A stretch of DNA of 64,000 nt, taken from the NCBI RefSeq assembly GCF_022539665.2, contig NC_081331.1, forward strand, positions 3,410,001 through 3,474,000, given 5' to 3'. A program made the position numbers and the translations under genes. The notes under the pieces are model-generated. The model did not search any database and was not told the DNA's origin. It worked only from the letters and a program-made list of their open reading frames with translations. The DNA is from Daphnia carinata. Lineage: Eukaryota. Shown here piece after piece: positions 54,883-64,000 of this stretch (within the stretch, counting starts at the first letter, position 1; each line of letters starts with the position of its first letter).

Positions 54883-56602
54883 TTTTTGGTTTTGTTAAGT
54901 CAAAGAAATTTGGCTAGGGAAACAAGCGCTTTATGTTGTATACCTCCAATCGTTCACTAGATCCAGCATTGGACAAATGATGGGTCGTGCTAAAAAATGG
55001 GCGGCTGACCACGAAAAACCCGACAGCAGTAGCAATGTCTGCAAAAAGGAGAGAGAAAAATGATTTCGGCAATTTCCATGAACTGCGGCGTCTACGCCAA
55101 CCTACATTTTGCAATAATATTGTCCACGAATCCCATCGTGAAACGGAATTCCAAGAATCGACGGAGGTGCCTCACCTTTTTTGAAAAATCAGCTGTGACA
55201 TTATACGGAAACTTTAAGTGTACAAACCAAGTTACCAGACGAGTAAATGCTGTTAACATTGTGGCCTTTTCGCGAATATTTCCGCGATAGAAAGCAACTT
55301 CTTCGGCATTTGTGATCAAACGTGAATTGACGTAGCGGAATTCACCCTCTAACTGTTGTTCAGACACTGTCATACGACTTACTGGGCGGCGCAAATGGGT
55401 CAACAATACACCGGAAACGAACAAATAAAGCACCATAATGCTAGGACCCTACAGATAATAATCAAGGACAATCAGTAGGCTTGAAATTATGAAAAGTTCT
55501 TGCCTGCCCGCCAATCGTGACAGCCAGTCTATGGACATAAATGACAATGTCCAAAATGGGTTTGCTAATGTTTGAATAAAGTTCTGTGATGCTTGAACAG
55601 AATCGTTCGACATCGGTTGTGAGCAGTTGATCTGGATTCGAAATTCGGTTGTCGAGGTTATTCATTTTGTAGTAAGTGAAATCCCTAAATCACAGAACGC
55701 AATTTATTAAAGTTTAGTTTAAAATGCAAAAAATGCAAAAAAAAAAAATGCTTACTTCAGGTATTGGTCATAGAGGTGTCGGGTCAATCGTGTTCTAAAG
55801 CGCAGTTTTAGTTCGTCTAATCCAAGCTTGACGAAAGGAATACTTTCAATATCACTACAATAAATGGAATACTATGGGAGTAATGGCTTACCTTCAAGAC
55901 ATTGTTCACCATTGAAATCTAGAACACAAGATCAGTATTTAAAATTTTTGAAACATTGCTTTCTGTTATACTTCATACCATAGGCATAGCTGCGATGAAC
56001 TGTATTACATAACTTTTGAAAAGTGGAAAGTTGCGACCAATAATAGCACTGTGAAGAAACTTTTATTAAAACATTGACTCACAAGTAAATAAACCCATAA
56101 TAGACAAACCTTTCAATTGATGTTGAATTTTGAATCATCCATATATCACAACTTGATCGGGCTACTAATGCTGCAGCAACTAAAACCATAAAGCCAGCTT
56201 CTGGTGAAAACACACCAGGAATTATGATCCGCAAAATCGCAGCAATACGCCGTATGAAAGTGCCATCAATTGCCACCTTCTCAGCTGATCGTTTATTTTT
56301 CTGTCAAAACCTAAAATATTGATCTCATTGCCATACACAAAAAAGGAAACACTTACCTCGTTAATAACATATTGCACACGTTCTGCAGCTGCAGCTCTGG
56401 AAAACAAGCAACAGTAATTAATTCATGTGCAAAAACATTTTTTTTTTAGATTGTTTTACCTTCTGTTTTGATTGGTTCGATGAACGCTTAAGAGCCATAA
56501 TACAAGTGCTAGGCCTCCCCCGGTTATAGCGATCGGTTTTCCCAGTATACTTGATAATAAACTAGGACTTTTGCCAACAAATTTGCTTAAGACTGGAGCC
56601 AT
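53550..56602 (-). CDS. ABCD3: Peroxisomal ABC half-transporter ABCD3 / PMP70 (multi-exon)
   Basis: MAPVLSKF start, [25 protein letters not shown] region [23 protein letters not shown], Walker [10 protein letters not shown], signature [10 protein letters not shown], Walker [17 protein letters not shown], and C-terminus [24 protein letters not shown]. Confidence 0.96.
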
Positions 56603-57242
56603 TGCTGTGAAAAAACAGGTTTTAAAAAATTTCTTCCTGGTATCTTTGGCACTCCTTGTCCACAATATTCTGTCAAGTCACAGAAGCAGAGAACTCGAAG
56701 TTGACGCTAAATTGAAATCATTCATGTAAAACCCATAAAACACCTGAGGCTTCTTCCCAGTACACGAACTCGGAATTTCCCTTCCCTGATTGTATAAAAA
56801 AATAAAGGCCATGCTTTAAATTGGGCAGCGGCACCTAGTTTAAAAAGTATCAAACTGAATTTTAATGGCTTTAACAGCCCAGCGACAAGACTTTATACCG
56901 AAAAGCAAAGATTGGAAATTTAGAAAACGTAGAAAAGAATTAATTCGTATTTCTGTCAGATATTCAAACGGTGTAATATATGGCAATCCGTATTACCCAA
57001 AAAAAAAAAAATATCGGCCTTTTTTTTCTGTTTTCCTGCTATCGCCATCTACCGGTCGGTAGATGGTGCCAGCAACCGAAACAAATGCCAGCAAAAAGCA
57101 AACAAATGCCAAAGGTGAGACATGCTTATGGCAATCCGTTTTACCCCCCAAAAAAATAAAATTTTGGCCTTTTTTTTTCTTTTTACAGCTATGGCCATCT
57201 AGCGGCCAGATTTCTATTTAATTTTCTCATTCATTCATTCAG

Positions 57243-58894
57243 ACATGGATTGGATATGGTTACTTGAACAATGGATTTGCAAATGCAGTACAGCTGACTT
57301 ATGTTTCACATGGTAAGTTGGAGATTTCCCAGGCAAAATTTCTAGTAACTCAGCATTTGGTACCATCTTTACTATAATTTTATACAGTATCCTGCATATC
57401 TCATTAATTAAGATTTAAATCCTTTTATAGATTGTCACATCAGTGAGCAAGGTTCAGTTTAGGGATTGAGAGCCCTCAGCAACTATAACATCTAGCCCAT
57501 ATTCACATTGTAGCACTTGATTGCTGCCACGGATTCTTCAAAATGCCTATCTTGTATGGGATGCTTGACAGCCAAATGGTACTTCGACGACACATAAATA
57601 TCAATTGTTTACTTTATTTACATTTATTAAAAATTTTTGAAGGAATGATTTAAACAAATGCCAAAGGTGAGACATGCTGGAAAAGCTTGATATGAATGTG
57701 TAGACGTAGTTTTGGAATTCAGAGGTGCAGCCGGCTGTTGGGTAAAACTTCATTTAAATTTTGTTTCAATTCAATATGTTTTAGTTACTATTTGTGTGAT
57801 TACGCAAAGGATTGCGCCATCCAGGCAATGTGGATATTCTGCCATGTACATAATAAACCAAGGATTCTTCGTCAACATGCAAGATGTTACTCCCTGGTAA
57901 TGCTTTTCTGCTGAGTTTGTTTAGTTTTCTCATTTTAATCGTCAATGTTGTATTAGTAAACTACTGTTGGCTGAATAGCTGATACATTGGGAAAACGGTT
58001 ATGGCAAGTGCGATGAATAAATCACCATAGGTCGGTTGTCTTGCCTTCACAATTGCAACGAAGATGAATCATGGAGTCAAAAACATTAAAAGGCGGTACT
58101 ATTTTAAATTTTTAAATTGTTTTAATTGGTGTATCGCTAAGTGCTGATACATGTGTAGAACATGCTGGAATTCGTGTCATCCTGGAGAGGACTAAAAAAA
58201 ACGAGCTTTATCCACGAAGCAGCTCATTAATCATGTCCCAAACGATTGTCTGCGTCAGCCAGCAATCTTTCAATGGCTAACAAGCATGTAATAGTTTTGA
58301 AAATCGCGGTTTGCACTCCCTAAGGCGACATTCCTTAATCCCACCTGTCAAAAGATTTGAATGCAACCATTTTCTTTTCTGAACTGTCGCCTACGAAATT
58401 CTTTTTCCATAAAATGAGGTGATATGAGGTTATAATGGAAATTGTCGTCAAGACTGCCGAGACCATGTACCTTCTTTACCTTCACGTTTAGTGATCAAAA
58501 CAACCAACTATGTAACCTTTCTTTTTCTTTTTAAGGTGCATGGAACGTCCATTCGGAAAGCCCATGGAAGGTCTCTGTGGCCAACACGAAAGGTTCTCCC
58601 AAACTTTCGTATTCAAGTTTTGGCTATGGTGATCATTTGCAACTGCATAGCCTTTTAGAAGCTCCTGCCAGGAATCTACAGGAATATGGCAGATGATGAA
58701 TTTATGTACCATGTAAGCGATATCAATAAGAACGTTTTATGCTTATCTATGTTTTATTTTCTTAATTTAGATTAATAGCAATAGTGAGCCTGCAAAGGTT
58801 TCTGGTTGGGATGAGATGACGAAAAGTTATAATAATTTAAAGTACGGAATTGAATTTCCCTCCATCAGTCGCCTGTGTATTCCCGCGTATTACG
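57243..58894 (+). pseudogene. Decayed multi-exon coding remnant inside the TIR element (possible transposase)
   Basis: Blocks bounded by AG/GT with short introns, such as LLPRILQNAYLVWDA*QPN and INSNSEPAKVSGWDEMTKSYNNLKYGIEFPSISRLCIPAYY. Many stops; no family assignable. Confidence 0.4.
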
Positions 58895-59504
58895 GTATTA
58901 ATTATTTAAAAATTGAAGTGCATATCTGGGCTCCCTTCCTTTCCGTAGCCCCGTTTCCCCTTGACTCGTAATAAGCCCGTAGGGGGTCATGCCCCTACTG
59001 TACGGTATATATAAAAACAACATATACCGAGGTTTGGAGGGCTCTGGCCGGAAAGGGGACGTGGGGTGCCGCTTAGTCCGATGATGTGTTCACGGAGGGC
59101 GATGTGGCTACCCACAAATCCGAACTAAAGGTTAATCGCTCCTGTAAAAATGTTCCAAATCTTCAGCTCTTCTTCCGGCTTCTCTTAGCCAATCACCGGG
59201 TAATCTCCCCGGTGGGTCAACAAGGCAGTGTCTCCCCCTGCCTGGGTTGACGGCAACTTTTGAAAGGGCTATTGTGCCTTTTTAAAGTTGCAAAAATAAT
59301 TGTAATGTGCAGAGAATTGTCAATAAAATTTTTTTTATAAAATATTTTTTGCAAAATTCGTTTCTTTCATTGTCTGTGTTAGCTGTGTTCACACATTACA
59401 TGTATCAACTTTTTTTTATTTTGCTTTGCTTTATTTGTTTTTGTCACCTTTGATGGTAAGCATTGTTTCCATTGGTTTATCGTTTATCTGTAAGCATTCT
59501 ATTA

Positions 59505-59572
59505 TTATCCAGGGAACGAACCCTGGATGTTCGGCATACCGCGCCGATGCTCTACCAGTGAGCCATGAATCA
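59505..59572 (-). pseudogene. Degenerate tRNA-like module A
   Basis: Minus strand TGGCTCACTGGTAGAGCA-TCGGC-GCGGTAT-GCCGA-ACATC-CAGGG-TTCGTT-CCCTG: A-box, paired anticodon stem and T-stem with B-box-like GGTTCG. Confidence 0.65.
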
Positions 59573-59689
59573 TATGATGTCAACTTGGCTTTTTTTCTAG
59601 TCACTTGTGGACTTGCATTTACACTTAGAATAAAACTAAAATGCAATTTTGCATTTTCTCTTCTTCATTTATTCTACTTCATTTTTACA

Positions 59690-59756
59690 CATCTACTGAG
59701 GTTTGAACCCATGGTAACAGGTATCGCAGCTAAAGGCTCTACCACAGAGCTATGAA
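59690..59756 (-). pseudogene. Degenerate tRNA-like module B
   Basis: Minus strand TAGCTCTGTGGTAGAGCC...ATGGGTTCAAACCTCA: A-box and B-box at tRNA spacing; stems poorly paired. Confidence 0.55.
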
Positions 59757-59858
59757 CCTTATGAAAGCAATAGAAAGATAAACATATAGTTGTGAAAGAC
59801 TGCATAAACATCCTAGACGATAACATATGATATGCGATAATAAAAAATTTAGATATAT

Positions 59859-59924
59859 CTCGTGGCTCAATGTTAGAGCATCGGCGTTGCACGCTGAATG
59901 TCTGGGGATCAATTCCCATACGAG
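59859..59924 (+). pseudogene. Degenerate tRNA-like module C (TGC in the anticodon position)
   Basis: CTCGT-GGCTCAATGTTAGAGCA-TCGGC-GTTGCAC-GCTGA-ATGTC-TGGGGATCAATTCCCA-T-ACGAG. CTCGT and ACGAG pair as an acceptor stem. Confidence 0.6.
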
Positions 59925-60646
59925 TAAAACAAAATACAAATTCAAAAAATATCCAGATATTACACGTTGTTCCTTGAATCTAAGTTGAAGAATTCAAAGA
60001 GTGTAATAAATAATAACTGAATACTTACAGATAAACGATAAACCAATGGAAACAATGCTTACCATCAAAGGTGACAAAAACAAATAAAGCAAAGCAAAAT
60101 AAAAAAAAGTTGATAAATGTAATGTGTGAACACAGCTAACACAGACAATGAAATAAATGAATTTTGCAAAAAATATTTTATAAAAAAATTTTTATTGACA
60201 ATTCTCTGCACATTACAATTATTTTTGCAACTTTAAAAAGGCACAATAGCCCTTTCAAAAGTTGCCGTCAACCCAGGCAGGGGGAGACACTGCCTTGTTG
60301 ACCCACCGGGGAGATTACCCGGTGATTGGCTAAGAGAAGCCGGAAGAAGAGCTGAAGATTTGGAACATTTTTACAGGAGCGATTAACCTTTAGTTCGGAT
60401 TTGTGGGTAGCCACATCGCCCTCCGTGAACACATCATCGGACTAAGCGGCACCCCACGTCCCCTTTCCGGCCAGAGCCCTCCAAACCTCGGTATATGTTG
60501 TTTTTATATATACCGTACAGTAGGGGCATGACCCCCTACGGGCTTATTACGAGTCAAGGGGAAACGGGGCTTCAGAAAAGGGGAAACGGGGCTTCAGAAA
60601 AGAAGGGAGCCCAGATATGCACTTCAATTTTTTTAATATCAAATAC

Positions 60647-62092
60647 CGTCTGGGGAATCCGAATTAAGTATAGAAATGTCATGTCATCCATCCAATCAAT
60701 ACAATTTATTCAGTGTCTTGCCCCAACCAAGAATTTTTTCAGATCCAATGTTACTATTAACCTATATTGAGAAAAGAAAAACAACACCATTAAACATATC
60801 AACTGTTGATCATGTAACTTACATGACTCATAGATTCAACTTCTGGTGGAAGCTTGGGGAAGGACATACAAATTGCAGATTAACATCATTGTATAAGGCT
60901 CTTGAATGATAAACTAGCACCTGTACAATGTTGCATTGTTGATAGTTGTGTTCCCAGTACATGAAAATCCTTTCCTATTGGATAAAATTTTTTTTGGTAG
61001 ATTAGACCTGGTTGGCAAAAAGGAGGAGAAATTCTTCGTCATAAATTCAAAATTATTTGAAGAAAAATCCTTTCATACCTAAAGAGTCCATGTATGATGT
61101 TCATCTCTGCAATGGCAGCAAAATTAAAACATCTTTAGGGCCATTTAAGTACCCAGTTTCCCCAACACTCTGAACGTAAAGGACAAGTTGTTCTTTAGAC
61201 AGAGAAGCAGAATTATTTGAGGTTTCTAGCTGTGACAGAACTATAAAGGATTGCTGTTGTACTGGATTTATTAACACAAGATGGTACTTCTCATTAGACA
61301 ATGTGCATACTCTATTACTTTACCTCATACCTTAATGGTAATGCACTCTCAGTGTTTTTTCATCTGTAGGCTGACTCTTCCATCCTATAACACTTCCAGA
61401 CTTGATTTGATCCCCCATTAAATTCTGTGAATGCAAAATAATAGCATTAAAAATACTTTTTCAATAGACATAAAACCGAAAAGTACCTAATCCATGTTTC
61501 ATGTTGAACTTGTGCCATATCTTGGTTTCCGTACCACACCCATTTTCGGCCCAAATACGGTCCCACAATTGTTCACTTCCTTCACTGCATGGGCTTATTA
61601 CTAACGATTCTTTTTGTGCAGCACTAACAGAATTTAAATTTAACACACTGTCAGGTGGTAGACTGAATAACTAAACAATAAATAATTGTTTGTTAAAATT
61701 CTATACTTATTTTGAATTCTTATTTGAAAAGTTTAGGTACCTGACTGTGTTCGCCTAATGCCAATTCATCCTCACGTTCAGTTAGGTTTGAGTTTGGAAA
61801 AACCTCCTTCACTGTTTGGAAACTGTTCCGTTCCAATTTGTTCTTTTCCCCTAGCTGAGCTTGTAGACTCAAACTTTGAGCTACAAAACACAAATGAATA
61901 AAAGCAAATAAATAGAATCATTATGTATTAGGCCTTACCATCCTTAGCTTTGCTGTTATCTAATATTTTGTGCTGTTGCAATAATTAAGCCTGCAGGTCC
62001 ATAATTTGATCTAATAAACAATAATTAATAATTCAAAACAAATATAATAATGTTTATACTTACCATCCTTTTGTTGTATTATCTTATCCATT
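60647..62092 (-). pseudogene. Decayed multi-exon gene inside the TIR element (unknown product)
   Basis: MDKIIQQKD / DQIMDLQA*LLQQHKILDNSKAKD / AQSLSLQAQLGEKNKLER... / LFSLPPDSVLNL...WDRIWAENGCGTETKIWHKFNMKHGL, separated by canonical ~60-70 nt GT-AG introns, with in-frame stops. Confidence 0.55.
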
Positions 62093-62408
62093 TTTCAATT
62101 GTTCCTCCAGCCACGCGTTATTCTCCATCCACGCTACTGAACTAACTGCGAATGGCATCCAATGGACTGAAATTGCCTACGCCAGTAATAATGGGTCTGA
62201 GCGGTAGATGGCTACGTGTCGGAAAAAAAGAAAAAAGTGCGATTTTTAATTTTTTTTCCGCCATTTTTTTTTTTTTTTTATGTAAAACGGATCGCCATAT
62301 ACATAGCTGAAAAAAAGAAAAAAAAGGCTGAAATATTTTTTTTTTTTTTGGGTAAAACGGATTGCCATAGCAACGTGAAAGACTATTATTCTTTTCAAAA
62401 ACATTACA

Positions 62409-62847
62409 ATGGCAATCCGTTTTATCCCCCCCCCTCTCCCAAAAAAAAAATGTAAGCCCTACTCATAACTAAGCCCGACTTTCTGCTGCATCGCGCTAGC
62501 GCTGTAGCATACTGGCGCGCTAGCATTGCGTCAAATATTTGGAATATTTCCAAAACGATTAACTTAACGAAAAAAATAGCAATTTTCCCTGAATCAGCAT
62601 TCAATTTTGAGTATATCCTGTAATATATTCAACCAATTCCGATAAGTGTCAGTTTTCTGCCGAAAAAAATTTAAGCCCGACTAAATAAGTCCAATCGCCA
62701 GTACGCTACAGCGCTAGCGCGATGCAGTAGAAATATTCTGTGAATGTATGTAGAGAATTAACTAGAAATCTGACCGGTAGATGGCGATAGCAGTAAAACA
62801 TGAAAAAAAAACGATATTTTTATTTTTTGGTGAAAAGGATTGCCATA
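62409..62847. mobile_element. MITE with the same ATGGCAATCC termini
   Basis: ATGGCAATCCGTTTTATCCC at 62409 and GGTGAAAAGGATTGCCAT ending near 62846. Internal inverted pair TGCATCGCGCTAGCGCTGTAGC..ACTGGCG (about 62487-62517) vs CGCCAGTACGCTACAGCGCTAGCGCGATGCA (about 62696-62726). Flanks acattaca/acattact are a 7/8 TSD-like match. Confidence 0.7.
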
Positions 62848-62907
62848 CATTACTACACTTTTGTACGTGAGTCATTTTTTGGGAGCAGATGACAAACAAG
62901 CACGAAG

Positions 62908-64000
62908 ATGGTCGACAAATTAGGTTATTTGACGAAAATCTAATTCAGTATTATTCATTAATATCACAACGTGTTTAGTGTAGTTTCGTTGATTAGTAGT
63001 TTTGAGCACGGCTAGTCTAATGAAAACATATCTAATATGGATGACCACAAAACATGATACTCATCATAGGTTTTTCTGTTTCTTTTCAGTGAACAGTGAA
63101 GCAAATGCTCGGCGAATTGCAATGGTTGAGGGATGCTTTGGCAGTTCCGGTCAGGTATGTAAACATTACCTATTTGTTATGGCAAAGTAACATTATATTT
63201 ACCAAATATGTAGCCTCTTGGAATACCTGGCCGAGTATTAGTAGGTGAAGGTGTTTTAACCAAAATGTGCCGGAAAAAGCCAAAAGCAAGACAATTTTTC
63301 CTATTCAATGATACATTGGTTTATGGAAATATCGTAATCAGCAAAAAAAAGGTAAATTATTGTTCATCTAGTAAGTTAAGTTATGATTATGATTTGTTGC
63401 TGTTTCAGTACAATAAGCAGCACATAATACCGTTAGAGGAGATAAAACTTCAGCCCCTTGAGGATGATGGGTGTAAGTTGATCAGAAATGTAAAATAAAC
63501 TTTCCCTGTATCTGACAAGTATTGGTTCTTATGGTCTTAGCTTACAGGAATGGTTGGTTGATTTGCACTGCATCCAAATCCTTTGCTGTTTACGCCGCAA
63601 CGGCAACTGAAAAAGCTGAATGGATTGCTCATATAAACAAATGTGTTGAAGATCTTTTACGCAAAAGTTAGCTTCGATTGAAAAGTCATCATAATTCGTT
63701 GACTAATTGCAGAATCTTCAGGTGGGAAAAAACCGCTGGGTGAACATGCGGCTGTGTGGGTACCAGACGCTGAAGCCAATGTTTGTATGCACTGCAACAA
63801 GTCACAATTCAACGTCTTGAATAGAAGAGTATAGACAACTTTTGAAGTATTTGTTTCAGTTGAGCGTATGTTTTAATCAATAATTGCACTTTAAAGCACC
63901 ATTGTCGAAAATGTGGCGCAGTTGTTTGCGGCCCATGCTCCAACAAGAAGTTTTTATTGCCAGTTCAGTCAGCGAAGCCTTTGAGAGTCTGTCTAACTTG
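62908..64000 (+). CDS. PLEKHF2: PH and FYVE domain protein PLEKHF2/Phafin2 (Drosophila rush hour); 3' end beyond window
   Basis: MVDKL-VNSEANARRIAMVEGCFGSSGQ-PLGIPGRVLVGEGVLTKMCRKKPKARQFFLFNDTLVYG...KSFAVYAATATEKAEW (PH domain). AAVWVPDAEANVCMHC...RRHHCRKCGAVVCGPCS (FYVE domain). Confidence 0.96.

Larger units (their letters stand above)
58892..60649. mobile_element. Foldback element: ~600-bp near-identical inverted arms (about 58909-59499 and 60019-60632) around a ~520-bp loop
   Basis: AATTGAAGTGCATATCTGGGCTCCCTTC...TTATCTGTAAG is mirrored by CTTACAGATAA...GAAGGGAGCCCAGATATGCACTTCAATT. Few mismatches; a 22-nt tandem duplication is present only in the right arm (about 60558-60601). Confidence 0.9.
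56980..62369. mobile_element. Degenerate TIR-bounded DNA-transposon-like element(s) with two convergent decayed multi-exon genes; superfamily not assignable by eye
   Basis: ATGGCAATCCGT(A/T)TTACCC-A-tract at 56980 and 57128. Inverse GGGTAAAACGGATTGCCAT at 62350-62368, with a weaker copy near 62282-62298. Exon-like segments with stops on + (57243-58894) and - (62092-60647). Confidence 0.65.

Noticed and set aside
59505..59924. Calling the three modules functional tRNA genes
   Set aside because: Acceptor and T stems and anticodon-loop consensus bases are broken; treated as tRNA-derived remnants.
62361..62374. ATTGCCATAGCAAC resembling an RFX X-box upstream of PLEKHF2
   Set aside because: Half of it is the element terminus and it has a mismatch; likely coincidental.

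Overview
Eukaryotic, AT-rich, intron-dense genomic DNA with ~55-75 nt GT-AG introns and TCAGT initiators. The gene set and style suggest a crustacean, probably Daphnia (inference). Recognisable spliced genes are Tim9, a C901/Delta-like EGF protein, RBM7/11, VPS54, a Bicaudal-C-like KH+SAM gene, midnolin (stuxnet), ABCD3/PMP70 and PLEKHF2/Phafin2 (runs off the right edge). A hand-spliced six-exon orphan gene at 9168-10458 encodes a 312-aa secreted protein that looks like a four-helix (Unpaired/IL-6-class) cytokine. The 23.5-34 kb interval is an accessory patchwork: two decayed OVCA2/FSH1 esterase copies bracketing an intact intronless TM + coiled-coil + KH gene, a GPCR pseudogene, a ZNF423/Oaz fragment and a foldback MITE array. 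A ~5.9 kb TIR-bounded element cluster sits between the divergent ABCD3 and PLEKHF2 starts. It contains a ~1.75 kb foldback whose loop holds three degenerate tRNA-like modules. Perfect CRE (TGACGTCA) sites cluster in the first 3.4 kb, with a CArG box, and around midnolin. All calls come from manual reading and motif recall; no database searches were run.
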